From Macrostomum lignano (lineage: Eukaryota), in the NCBI GenBank assembly GCA_002269645.1, contig NIVC01002193.1, positions 1-64,000 of the forward strand: a stretch of 64,000 nucleotides of DNA, read 5' to 3'. Under the pieces are notes generated by a model. It worked only from the letters and a program-made list of their open reading frames with translations, was not told the origin of the DNA and did no database searches. This document shows, in pieces, positions 46,941-59,514 of the stretch. Positions within the stretch are counted from its first letter, which is position 1; every line of letters begins with the position of its first letter. Made by a program: the position numbers and the translations under genes.

Positions 46941-47354
46941 GAGGCGCTGTAAATCTGTAGTACTGAATTTATTCGGCCTAATAAAAATAACGCGTACTCA
47001 AAGTCCTGAAGGCGGCTGCACTTCACCTCCGGACAGACTGATGTGAGGACTGAGTATTGAAACTGCTGGGCTGCACTGTTTGCCACTTAATAAATAATAC
47101 AGACTCAAAAATATCCCAGGAAAAAACATCTTCGCCCGTCCAGGGCACGTTGAGTGCACGGCAACCCGGAAACTGGCTTGTGTGTCGCTCCGATCTCCAC
47201 TCTCTAATGGCTGCTCGCTTCCGCTGTTCTGCATCAGGCGGGCACTCGAAGTTAAACGCACTTCAGCCAGCTGCTCTTCATGCTGGCACGCCTTCTGCTC
47301 CTGCCTCTTGCTTTCCACCTCTGCTGGCACCCCTCTGTTTATTTATACTTACGG

Positions 47355-47698
<344 letters not shown>

Positions 47699-48145
47699 GT
47701 TTACCTTCTTGCTGTTTACAAAGCGGGCTCCCGCTTGCACTTCTATTTAAATCGTTTTATCCTCACTGCTGTGTCTGAGACGAGCTCAGCAGACCTTTGA
47801 GTAAATAAACAATTAAATCAAAAGGAGCCCAGCTTTCCCCTCGATGAGAAGAAATATCCCATATCCGCTGGGAATACTAGCTTGGAAATTGATTGAAAGC
47901 AACAAAAGGAAATGAAAATCTTAATGTTTTTTCACCGATTTTTGCTATGCAAAAAAGGAAATTAATTTTATCACCTGCTGCCCCGGGTATTCGAAATCAA
48001 CAAACGTGACACGTTCTCTTCTTGAAGCGATTTCTTCGAGCATTCTTTTGTGCTCGAATAATCGAATGATATCCTTCTTTAGTTCAATGAAGACAGATTT
48101 AAAATAGCCATCATTACGCCAAAACTATATGAAAACTGTGTACGA

Positions 48146-50152
48146 GCTAGATTAGCAATCCATTCTATTCCTTCATTGATGTAGGCTAGATTAGCAATCC
48201 ATTCTATTCCTTCATTGATTTAGGCTAGATCAGCAATCCATTCTATTCCTTCATTGATATAGGCTATATTAGCAATCCATTCTATTCCTTCATTGATGTA
48301 GGCTAGATCAGCAATCCATTCTATTCCTTCATTGATGTAGGCTAGATTAGCAATCCATTCTATTCCTTCATTGATTTAGGCTAGATCAGCAATCCATTCT
48401 ATTCCTTCATTGATATAGGCTATATTAGCAATCCATTCTATTCCTTCATTGATTTAGGCTAGATCAGCAATCCATTCTATTCCTTCATTGATGTAGGCTA
48501 GATCAGCAATCCATTCTATTCCTTCATTGATGTAGGCTAGATCAGCAATCCATTCTATTCCTTCATTGATGTAGGCTAGATTAGTAATCCATTCTATTCC
48601 TTCATTGATGTAGGCTAGATTAGCAATCCATTCTATTCCTTCATTGATGTAGGCTAGATCAGCAATCCATTCTATTCCTTCATTGATGTAGGCTAGATTA
48701 GCAATGCATTCTATCCCTTTATTGATGTAGGCTAGATTAGCAATCCATTCTATTCCTTCATTGATGTAGGCTAGATCAGCAATCCATTCTATTCCTTCAT
48801 TGGTGTAGGCTAGATCAGCAATCCATTCTATTCCTTCATTGATGTAGGCTAGATCAGCAATCCATTCTATTCCTTCATTGATGTAGGCTAGATCAGCAAT
48901 CCATTCTATTCCTTCATTGATGTAGGCTAGATCAGCAATCCATTCTATTCCTTCATTGGTGTAGGCTAGATCAGCAATCCATTCTATTCCTTCATTGATG
49001 TAGGCTAGATCAGCAATCCATTCTATTCCTTCATTGATGTAGGCTAGATTAGCAATCCATTCTATTCCTTCATTGATGTAGGCTAGATTAGCAATCCATT
49101 CTACTCCTTTATTGATGTAGGCTAGATCAGCAATCCATTCTATTCCTTTATTGATGTAGGCTAGATCAGCAATCCATTCTATTCCTTCATTGATGTAGGC
49201 TATATTAGCAATCCATTCTATTCCTTCATTGGTGTAGGCTAGATCAGCAATCCATTCTATTCCTTCATTGATGTAGGCTAGATCAGCAATCCATTCTATT
49301 CCTTCATTGATGTAGGCTAGATTAGCAATCCATTCTATTCCTTCATTGATGTAGGCTAGATTAGCAATCCATTCTATTCCTTCATTGATGTAGGCTAGAT
49401 TAGCAATCCATTCTATTCACTCATTAATGGTATAGTCTAGATTAGCAATCCATTATATTCACTCATTAATGGTATAGTCTAGATTAGCAATCCATTCTAT
49501 TCACTTATTAATGATGTAGGCTAGATTAGCAATCCATTCTATTCCTTCATTGATGTAGGCTAGATCAGCAATCCATTATATTCCCTCATTAACGGTATAG
49601 TCTAGATTAGCAATTCATTATATTCCCTCAATAACGGTATAGTCTGGATTAGCAATCCATTATATTCCCTCATTAACGGTATAGTCTAGATTAGCAATCC
49701 ATTATATTCCCTCATTAACGGTATAGTCTGGATTAGCAATCCATTATATTCCCTCAATAACGGTATAGTCTAGATTAGCAATCCATTATATTCACTCATT
49801 AATGGTATAGTCTGGATTAGCAATCCATTCTATTCCTTCATTGATGTAGGCTAGATTAGCAATCCATTATATTCACTCATTAATGGTATAGTCTGGATTA
49901 GCAATTCATTATATTCCCTCATTAATGGTATAGTCTAGATTAGCAATTCATTATATTCCTTCATTAACGGTATAGTCTGGATTAGCAATCCATTATATTC
50001 CCTCAATAACGGTATAGTCTAGATTAGCAATCCATTCTATTCCCTCATTGATGTAGGCTAGATTAGCAATCCATCCTATTCCCTCATTGATGTAGGCTAG
50101 ATTAGCAATCCATCCTATTCCCTCATTGATGCAGGCTAGATTAGCAATCCAT
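48146..50152. repeat. 39-41 bp minisatellite (GGCTAGATTAGCAATCCATTCTATTCCTTCATTGATGTA), array 2
   Basis: About 50 units; variant sub-block at ~49420-50030. Confidence 0.96.
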
Positions 50153-50180
50153 AGCAATATCTAACCTACGCTATTTACAG

Positions 50181-50479
50181 TTTCACCCCTGCTGGCCTTG
50201 ATATCCAGCTCAGCTTGACAGGAGTAATAGCGACTTCAGAAGGCAGTGCATCGAGCAAGCACCCCCACCGCCCCAGCAGCTGAGGTTGTTGAGTTCCAGA
50301 TTTCCGACACCCGGTCGGCTTCGTGCCTGCGCTGTGATCTGTCCAACTTTTTTGGCCAACTCATCCGCTCTCGCTTTCTTCTTCCCCTGCCCCCTCTCTC
50401 TGTCTGTCTCCTATTTTTCCGCCGAAGATGAAGCCGCCCGCCGCTGCTGGGGCCGCGGGGAAAAATTTGAAAATGTCAC
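50181..50479 (+). other. Candidate non-coding exon upstream of the C2-domain gene
   Basis: Branch-like ctaac at 50161, acceptor tatttacAG at 50180, donor cac|GTGAGC at 50480; next acceptor at 50998. Confidence 0.35.
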
Positions 50480-51154
50480 GTGAGCCGCGGGAGCAAGGAT
50501 AGATGGAGAGATAGAATCCCACCCCGCTGAAGCGGCTGGGGACGGCGCAGCCACAGGAAATATGAGCGTTGCAGAGCTCAGCTCTGCTTGGGATGGGGAG
50601 ATGCTAATACCTGTGCCGCGGCGAGGGGTTAGCGGGCGAAGGACGGCTGCTCAGGTTCGTGACCCGGCGGATCACTGCCCCCCTGCACCTGCTTCCCGGA
50701 GCATTCCGGCACAGAGTGAACTCGAATTTTCAGAAAACGTATTTTCCTAAAGTAAAGCCTCTTTTTCATTCAAGTCTATGAGGCTATGAGGAACAGTGGC
50801 TAAAGATTTATGAGTCAATATTTGAAAGAAACATGCAGACGGTATCAGCCCGGCCTGGCCTGTGATGTCGCTCTTTGTCTGATGATCTCTGATGTCAGAG
50901 CAGTCTCAAATCTGCATCCAGGGGTCCCTACTCAGACCCTATGCTCAGTCTCGCAGCCTCCGTTTCTTATTGGCTGGCCCCACAAAATTCTCCCGCAGGC
51001 TGTCAGATTGTGTCTCCATCGCTGACTCGACAACGGAGGCTGGAGAGTGCGAGAGGGAAAAGAGAGAACGAGAGGAAGCACAGAGGATACACAGACGGAT
51101 TAGCAGGAGCTCAAGGGGGATAAAAATCCCAGGATCAAGGCGGGGCAGCCGGCA

Positions 51155-52117
51155 ATGCTGGGCAGCAAACTGTTGGACATTGTGTCTCCCTCCGGCTCAG
51201 CTGGGGACCTGAGTCTGCGCGGCCTGAAGGACGCTCTACTGGCTTCTGACTGCGGCGGCGCCACAGAGCAGCAGCCGAGGCAGCAGCCGCTCCGTTATAC
51301 AATGTCGTTCCGAGGCAGAACCGGCGCCGGCAGGGACGAGGGCTGGCAGCGGCTGAGTGTCAAGACCGCCGTCACCGAGCTCAGCGGCGGCGGCGGCGGC
51401 TCGCCGCAGCTCCTGCAGCGGGCCAGCAGCATGCGGGAGGGCATCGGCCGGCGTCCCGCGGCGGCGGCAGCTGCGGCAGCGGCTGCGGCAGCGACTGCGG
51501 CATCCGCAACGCCGCAGACTTCGACGCCGCTGCGAACCATTGGCCGATCTAGCGTACGTGAAGGTCGCAGCAGTCACCACAACTCGAAGGACTCCGTGTT
51601 CGCCGAGCAGCAGCAGCAGCAGCAACCGCAGGCGCCGAATTTGCAGCAACTTCAGAAGCGACAGCCGCAGGTCCCGCCGCCATTGATGGAGACAAAGTCG
51701 GCTGTGCAGTTCTGGCGCTCGTCCGGGCGCGAACCGGGAAGCGCCGGAGGCAGCAGCGGCGGGGGCTGCCGCAGCCCGCGCAGCTCGGAGGCGGAGGTGT
51801 CAGTGGAACATTTCAAGTTCGACCTGTACCAAGGGGCAGAAGCCGAGGTGGCTGGCGCTGACGGCGGCTCCATCGGCGAGGCAGGCACCGCAGCCACGGC
51901 GGAGAAGGCGTGCGGCCTGGTGAACATCCGCATCGGCTACAATTTCGACCGTGGCTGCCTCCTGGTCGACCTGCGGCATGCCAAGGACCTCTGCCTGCCG
52001 TCGCCGGCCTCAACGCCGGACTCTCCAGCCGCGGCGGCGACTTCAGGCGACCAGGGCGCGCGGGTGCCGAGCCCGTTTGCCAGACTGCAGCTGCTGCCGC
52101 AGAAGGAACAGCAGCAG
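51155..52117 (+). CDS. Tandem C2-domain (synaptotagmin-like) protein, coding exon 1
   Basis: ATG 51155 with an in-frame upstream stop at 51101; C2A start GLVNIRIGYNFDRGCLLVDLRHAKDL; donor cag|GTCAGC. Confidence 0.8.
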
Positions 52118-52398
52118 GTCAGCGGCTAAAAGGGGGGATCGGCGGGGAACAAATGATTGAGAGCGAGCGCATTTCTAGGAAAATCTGACCCCGGGAGACA
52201 GGAAGCGAGACTATTTCGGTAATTAATGGTTGTACATTATTTATAAGCGAGCCGGACGAGCCGGAGAAAAGAGGGCTGATATTAGATGACTCGCCATCAT
52301 TATGAAAGGGTTGCGACCTGTGTCAGCAACGAACAGTGCCCTTCATATATACCCTTATAATATGAGTTGCTTATATCGTTGGTTCGCCCCACTTGCAG

Positions 52399-52620
52399 GT
52401 GAGCCGAGTGCAGAAGCTGACCAACTGTCCGATTTGGAACGAGAAGTTCACCTTCAGTTTGGAGTTCCGCCAGTGCCAGGCCGTCACCCTGGAGGTTGAA
52501 GTGCGAAGCCACAGCAAGCGAGGCGCCAGTCGGCTCATTGGCAAGGCCAGAATCCCGCTGAACTCCATCAATGTCCAGGGCGGTGAGACCATCAACAAGC
52601 CGGTTTATCCGTGCAGCCAG
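52399..52620 (+). CDS. Synaptotagmin-like protein, exon 2 (C2A)
   Basis: acttgcAG|gtg ... cag|GTGAGC; VQKLTNCPIWNEKFTF...LIGKARIPL. Confidence 0.9.
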
Positions 52621-52645
52621 GTGAGCATGGAGAGCTGGGATCTGA

Positions 52646-53105
52646 AATAGAATAGAATAGAATAGAATAGAATAGAATAGAATAGAATAGAATAGAATAG
52701 AATAGAATAGAATAGAATAGAATAGAATAGAATAGAATAGAATATAATAGAATAGAATAGAATAGAATAGAATAGAATAGAATAGAATAGAATAGAATAG
52801 AATAGAATAGAATAGAATAGAATAGAATAGAATAGAATAGAATAGAATAGAATAGAATAGAATAGAATAGAATAGAATAGAATAGAATAGAATAGAATAG
52901 AATAGAATAGAATAGAATAGAATAGAATAGAATAGAATAGAATAGAATAGAATAGAATAGAATAGAATAGAATAGAATAGAATAGAATAGAATAGAATAG
53001 AATAGAATAGAATAGAATAGAATAGAATAGAATAGAATAGAATAGAATAGAATAGAATAGAATAGAATAGAATAGAATAGAATAGAATAGAATAGAATAG
53101 AATAG
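52646..53105. repeat. (AATAG)n pentanucleotide array, ~92 units, filling an intron
   Basis: Direct reading. Confidence 0.98.
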
Positions 53106-53129
53106 CCCCCACCTTGTCAACCCGCGCAG

Positions 53130-53250
53130 GAAAGAGACGAGATCGGTGACATCCTGATGTCTCTGCACTACCTGCCCAACGCCAAGCGGCTCAATATGGA
53201 CGTGCTGAAGGTGCGCAACCTGCTTCACGAAGACATGACGAAACGGCTGG
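53130..53250 (+). CDS. Synaptotagmin-like protein, exon 3 (start of C2B)
   Basis: cccgcgcAG|gaa; IGDILMSLHYLPNAKRLNMDVLKVRNL; donor g|GTAAGA (phase 1). Confidence 0.9.
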
Positions 53251-53831
53251 GTAAGAAATCAAAGTTACTGGCTCAGAGTTCTGTTGCTGTAATAATTAAG
53301 ATTACGTTAGATTATTGAGTTCAGAAGTCTAGTAAACAATAGTCAAGTTGTACTTTAATTTTTTGAAGGCATCAGCGAGTGCGTTTTGTACTTTTTACTG
53401 CATCCGACTCAGAAGCGGCCGTTTCGGTTTCAACTGGCTTTATAAAGAATTCTGGTTGACTTTTTATCAAGTTTCCGGTTGCGGCTTGCACCGATCAGGC
53501 TCATGGAATGCTAGACATAGCATCTGGAGAGGAAAGCGCTCTCCGCGATTCTAATTACATTTTTGGTTGCTCGAAGCACAGTCGAGGAAATTCGAGAAAT
53601 ATCTGAGGACACAGATTCAGTGGATTCTGAGATTTTTATTCCATTCTAAAATTTTATTCTGCGAAGAATTTCATTATCATTGATCAGTTTATTTCTCATA
53701 GCATATCTACCTTAAACTCCGGCCCTGCTGCGCCACCCAGCCGTAACATAGCCTTGACTGACAGAGATACGAGCTATCTAGATTTCTACGGGTGTAATTA
53801 GGGTTAGGATCTCTAACCTTTAACTTGAGGA

Positions 53832-53979
53832 TTTTTTATTAGAGTCAAGGGGCTGTGTGCACCTTGGCCTACTTCAAGCGCCATTGTCACACAACCGGCG
53901 AGAGGCATTGCTGCCCATTCCGCCGACTCCCCTGAGCAGGCACACAAGCGCGCGGATACGTACGCAGTCATACGCACAG

Positions 53980-54016
<37 letters not shown>

Positions 54017-54220
54017 AGTGTACAGCGGCCCTAACTTGATTTATTGTTAGGCATGTACACTTCACTGTGCCTTGGGGGTTGGCCCTCAATGGCGTTAATT
54101 GCACGAGCAGAGCCAAGCCGAGATTCCAGTTTAGCCCCAAATTAATGTGACTGCACTAGGAATCGAGCCTGGGCCGCTGGCACACCAGAGCCTGCGCTAG
54201 ACCGCTGGGTTACGGCTCCC
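53832..54220 (-). mobile_element. tRNA-derived SINE, family 1, copy 3, with an expanded (CA)n
   Basis: Reverse-complement homolog of 10904-11265; no clear TSD. Confidence 0.88.
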
Positions 54221-55412
54221 CTTAGTGTTAGGGCGAGATGTTTAGATCAAGGCCCACTAGAAGCTAATGTTGTTTTGTATGTATGTACATTGTATACCAA
54301 CAATAACTTCTAGTGGTCCTTAGTTCAGATTTTAGTACACAGTTGCCCATGAATTTGGGTATTGCGAGCTAATGCTTTTCCATTTTCCCTTTTCATGAAA
54401 AGGCACGCGGCCAGACGCGCTCTGCTCATCAAGCACTCTCTCCCCAGTCATTGTTCCCACTTTTTCCACTTCCATCAATTTTTTGCATTAAAATCAGAAT
54501 CTGCTCCATCTGCACTCTGTCTCCGTCGTTTATTTTTTTGTTGCTGTTTCCCCTTCTGTGTACTGTGTACTTTCCCCTTCTGTGTACTAAATCCAGTTGC
54601 TCCCGCCTGGAGCACTGCTGGCGGGCGGGCGGTCTCTGCCGAGTTGCAGAAGCTGCTGCTCACCTGGGGACTCCTGCGACAGACGGCCGGGCAGAAAAAG
54701 ATGAGCTGGGGCGCGATGGGCGGGAGCGGAGACTGAAATGAAAAATATCCCTCTGCCCCCCCCCCAGCCAACGTCAGCAGCAGAGCTGGTCCCAGCACAC
54801 GCACCCCCAGTCAATGAGAAGTGCACTTAACCCTCGGCCGGCGGCAGCCCCCCTCCCTATAACGTGCTCACTTCGACTTTATGGAGAATGGCGTGTGAGC
54901 CATTAGTCCGGTAACTGCAGCTGCAATGGAAGAGATTGAGCACGGATGATAATATTCAATAAAACAGTGCCTCGATACACGTAGGCGATGGCCTCGATTA
55001 ATAGGGCATCAATATGCAATATCAGATGCACAACAAGTGATTTCCTAGCAGCCGAGTGTCTAGATGACAATTTATGCTACTCATAGTAGTTTCGAGTCCC
55101 TCTACAAGTATTAAAATTGTAATTTCGGGTGTAAAAGTGGCTGCACATCTTGCTAACTTGTTGGACCTTTTTATGTGCAAGAATACCTGAATACTAAAGA
55201 ATAAAAGTACACCCTGTATCACCCGATTCGTACTTTCTAGTCTGTCTCCAACTCCGATTGTTAGGGCCATTTTCACAACGCTCTACTTCTAGTAGCTGTT
55301 CATTGCCTGAGGTCACACTACTATTTAACAAGGAAGAAAATGTAATTTAATTTACCAAAACCGGCAGCATTTGAAATGGCGCATTGCCTGCACCGACTCG
55401 TCCATTTTGCAG

Positions 55413-55774
55413 AGCCCCTCATCAAGGTGACCTTCCACGACGGCAAAAAGGTGGTGAAGACCAAGAAGACGGGCAAGAGGAACTCCCTCACGGGCGAATT
55501 TCGCGATACATTCCGGCTTGACATCGGGGAGAGCGAGCTCGAGCAGCTGACCATCAGCGTCGGCGTGTTCAGCCAGCCGCGCTTCAAGGAGTCCTTGATC
55601 GGCCAGGTGTCTCTCGGCCGGCTCTGCAGCGGCTCAGAGGAGAGTGCGCTCTGGCGGCGCCTGATGCTGAGCGCCAGGCAGGGCGGCGCCGGCGCCTCAG
55701 AGTCTGTTGGCGCCTGGCTGCCGCTGAAGCCGAAGCACCACCGGCACAGCAGCAGCTCGCAGTCGTCTCAGTGA
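55413..55774 (+). CDS. Synaptotagmin-like protein, exon 4 (C2B, terminal)
   Basis: ccattttgcAG|ag (phase 1); PLIKVTFHDGKKVVKTKKT...LIGQVSLG...W..LM...W..L is a typical C2B end; TGA at 55772-55774. Confidence 0.9.
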
Positions 55775-56339
55775 TTCGAAGGAGCAGCCCTCCAAATAGA
55801 TGCACTGACCTCAAATTCCTCAAAAATTTGCATGTAATTGTGTAAGATGTTGTAATTGCTTCTTGATTTTGTATTTTAGTTATCAAAATTTGGGTTTCCC
55901 AGTTATGCAAAGCTTAAGGCAACGTTGTTGGCAAAGCGTATTTCAAACACATTTCCGTATTACTCCCGTCAATCGTGATCGATTTATATAGGGATTGCTT
56001 CATTACAATTCTATGTACTTTTGTATCTTGTCGAACTATTATATAACTGTTTTTGTCACTGCGTGTACGAGCTGCCGTGGCTACCTGTAACCGCTTCTTA
56101 ATATTCCCTTTGAACCTGCCGCATTCCGCCGTTGCACTTGAGCACCACGCCTCCCCCCCCCATTTTTCAAGCTTTTGCACTCGACAAAAGTACACAAAAA
56201 GCTTGTACCGTAACCGATTATCAGTGACATAAAATATGTATTAAATTGTGCGCTTCAGCTTAAAAATTCATTATAAAGTTCATTCTGTCAGTCTGTTAGC
56301 TGAAGAAATTGTTATACACTGCAATATTTTAGAGATAAT

Positions 56340-56661
56340 AATAATTTAATATTAATAATAAAAATGATCAATTACACCTGCCCTAATGGGCAGATGTGCA
56401 ACCGACAGCTCTGCCGCAGCTATTGCGCGGCGCATCTGAAGGCTGCGTACGGCTGTTCAGTCCAAGGACTGGGGGGTCGCCACACACAGCCTCAACTACC
56501 CCAGCTAATGCTGGCACCCATTTTACAGCTTGGTGAACTGAAGCAGTGCAGAGCCAAGTGTCTTGCTCAAGGACACAAATTGTTCCGAGTGGGATCGGGA
56601 ATCGAACCCCCGACCTTCAAGTCGTGAGTCCGACGCTCCAACCACTAGGCTACAACACTCC
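56340..56661 (-). mobile_element. CORE-type SINE, family 2, copy C (near full length)
   Basis: Reverse complement GTAGCCTAGTGGTTGGAGCGTCGGACTC...GGTTCGATTCCCG, CORE-like block, AT-rich tail. Confidence 0.88.
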
Positions 56662-57296
56662 GTTGCTACGCTAGAATCTCGGTTTAGAAACAAAAAGCTT
56701 TGAATTAATAGCTGTCACAGCTAAAACATCTCATACGACTCCCTGGGCGCATTGGATATCAAGCTAGCGCACTGTAATAAACAAGCATCTAGCTATCACA
56801 ATGCGGCGAGCTACTGTATATTAGACAGCTCGCATCCTGTTTACTATACTAAGCTCCTGGATACTAAAGCCGCTAACATCAGCTTGCTTGAGTATATTTT
56901 AGGGTTAGAAAGACACCCAAAATAGAGAGAGACACGCGTGGACAAGCAGCCTCGAGTGGACTAACTTATTTTACTTTGGTTTGCGATTACTATTCATAGC
57001 CCTGAGTCAGTCCTCTTTAATGCGAAGTTTGCAAAAAAATATTTTCCTGCGCCTACCGCCATTGTGAACAGGGGGCAGAAAGTGCGGCATTGAGGCAGAT
57101 AGGGGAGGGGCAAGAAGAGAAAGGAAGGAGCAGATTCGCTCAGCCAGCTTGGCTGGGGTATTTTAGAACTCAGCGGAAAAGGAAAGGCAGAAAGAGAAGC
57201 TCAAATATTAGAAACAAACTTCTGCCGGGGTAAAAAAACGGTACTAACGAGGCACCAAGCCGTTGGGACTATTCGAAATCGGAATAAGCAGCTACA

Positions 57297-58431
57297 ATGT
57301 CCAACAAATCAAGTGTCTTCATCTGCGCTCGCTGGCTTGGCACCGCCCTCAGGCCATCCACCGCCAGCCTCACCGCCGAGGCCGTTGACCCGCTGCGAAG
57401 TCGCCTGCTGCTGCTGGACAGCCTGAAGCCGGAGGACCTGACCGCCACCCTGGCTGATGGACGCCTTCTGCGCCGGCTTCAACGGAGACTGCTGCGATCG
57501 CGGCGCATCAGCAGTCTGCTCTCGGACGGCTACGAAGTCGAGACAGACGCTGACAGCGGCGAAGATCGAGACGGGAACGACAACGACGACGACGGCGAAG
57601 AGGCTGTCCAGCGACGCGTGTCCCAGTTCCTGGAGAGCTGCCGGACGGAGTTCCACCTGCCGGATGAGTACCTGTTCCAGCCGAGCGACCTGCTGCCTCA
57701 GCCGGGCGGTGCTGGCAACCCCGAGCGGGTGCTGCGCTGCTGCAGGCGCTCAGCCAGTCGGACTCGGTGGCTGCTGCCGGTTTCGCCAACGATGCCTTTC
57801 TTCCCGCTTCTATTGACGACGTCGCCTTAAGCGTTGACGAAGAGAACTACTCGACACTTGACGACTACTCCTCAGTGCGCTGGGACGCTCCGGTACTCGA
57901 CGTGCTCGACGAGCTCATCGTCTTCTTCCGCGCGAGCTGCACCCTGGCGCGACAGCTGCGCGAGTCGCCGCTCAGCGTGTGGCCAGCCGACGCCGTTGAC
58001 GCCCTGTTTGGCCGTTCGCCCGACTCGCTTGAAATTTTAGCGAGCCTTCGCGCCAGCCTTCGCAGCAACGAGGAACAGCTGGACGAGGCGCTTGTGAAGC
58101 GGGAAGCGCAGCTGGTGAAGCTGTACTCCGGGCTCTGGTGGAATATGATTCTCGTCGGCAACAGGAAACTGAAAGAGCTAAACAAGAGCTGCTTGGATCA
58201 GGTGACTCTCGCCGTGAGAAAGCTGCCGCAAGCGGTTGAGTCGGCGGCAAAGTGCGCCATGGATTTGCAGCAGATGCCGAAGAATCACCTGCGCAGGCTG
58301 ATGGCCGCGGTTGAGAAGGCCATGGAACCAGTGAAGGAAACCAATGAAGCAAGGCAGCGACTCCAGGCGTCTTTGGAGCTGCTGAAGCGGGTGGAAGAGC
58401 GAGTCAATCACTGCCTTGGCAATGCGAAAAA
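57297..58431 (+). CDS. VAV: Vav-like protein, exon 1 (CH domain, acidic region, degenerate DH) with a -1 frameshift at ~57740
   Basis: CARWL...LADGRLLRRL...QFLESCRTEFHLPDEYLFQPSDL resembles the Vav CH domain; adding one C restores VLRCLQALSQS; acidic EENYSTLDDY; donor aa|GTAAGA. Confidence 0.68.
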
Positions 58432-58521
58432 GTAAGAATTCACTTTGACTAAAAAATATGCGTACATTCGCATTTAGTTAGCAGTAAGTCCCTATTTTTC
58501 ACTATTTTTCCCCAACTCAAG

Positions 58522-59218
58522 GCACCTGGAGCCGAGCTGCGCGGAGTTCGACAAGCTCAACTGGCCTCCGCGGTTGCTGTTTTGGGCTACCAAAGGTCCC
58601 ACCAAGCTGGGCCGCCTGCGCCATTCGGGCTCGCTGCTGGGCCCGGACGGCAAGCGCCTGCATGCCAGCCTGTGGGATGGAGCCCTGGTCCTGTCGCAGT
58701 CCGGCGAGGTGCTTCACGCCCTGCCGATCGGGCCGGATGCCAAATTCGAGGAGGTCAGCGGCGGCGGCGGTGGCGGCGGCGGCGGAAAGGCCTTTGCCCT
58801 GTCGAAGCGAGGCGCCTCATTTCGGATAATAGTCGGCGGCTCCTCCGAGGAAGCCCTCACGCTGGGCTGCGACTCGGTGGCGGATAGAGAAGTGTGGCAG
58901 AAGGCGTTCAGCCGCGCCCACGGCGTGTGGAGCCCGGCCGGCTTCAACCAGCACGGCCACTGGTTTAGCCGGACCGCTACGTCTCCGGACTTCCGGCCGC
59001 CACCGGACTGTTGCAAGCACTGCGACAAGCTGCTCGGCTGCTGGGCTCACAGGTGCGAACGGTGCAGGGTGTGGCTGCACAAGCGTTGCGTCACTGCAGC
59101 CTGCTGTCCGAGCAATACGCAGCAGGTGCACATCAGCTGCCGGCCCGTGGCGCCACCGCGCCGAAGCAAGCAATATGCAACTTCTATTCAGAAGAATCAG
59201 AAGCCGCCAGTTGCACAA
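58522..59218 (+). CDS. VAV: Vav-like protein, exon 2 (PH and C1 domains)
   Basis: cccaactcaAG|g (phase 2); PH end LGCDSVADREVWQKAF; C1 H..C-x2-C..C-x2-C-x4-H-x2-C..C; donor caa|GTAGGT. Confidence 0.75.
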
Positions 59219-59272
59219 GTAGGTTTATTTCCCATGTTTTTCAATTATGTTTTTTACGACCTCAAATGCCTC

Positions 59273-59472
59273 GTTGGTTGGTTGGTTGGTTGGTTGGTTG
59301 GTTGGTTGGTTGGTTGGTTGGTTGGTTGGTTGGTTGGTTGGTTGGTTGGTTGGTTGGTTGGTTGGTTGGTTGGTTGGTTGGTTGGTTGGTTGGTTGGTTG
59401 GTTGGTTGGTTGGTTGGTTGGTTGGTTGGTTGGTTGGTTGGTTGGTTGGTTGGTTGGTTGGTTGGTTGGTTG
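59273..59472. repeat. (GGTT)n microsatellite in Vav-like intron 2
   Basis: About 50 units. Confidence 0.98.
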
Positions 59473-59514
59473 ATTGTGAGCTACAGGATACAATCAACCC
59501 CGCATCCCTCCCAG

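Noticed and set aside
54475-54826. Nested gene in intron 3 of the C2-domain gene
   Set aside because: GC-rich patch with short ORFs on both strands, but no coherent exon chain or recognisable product.
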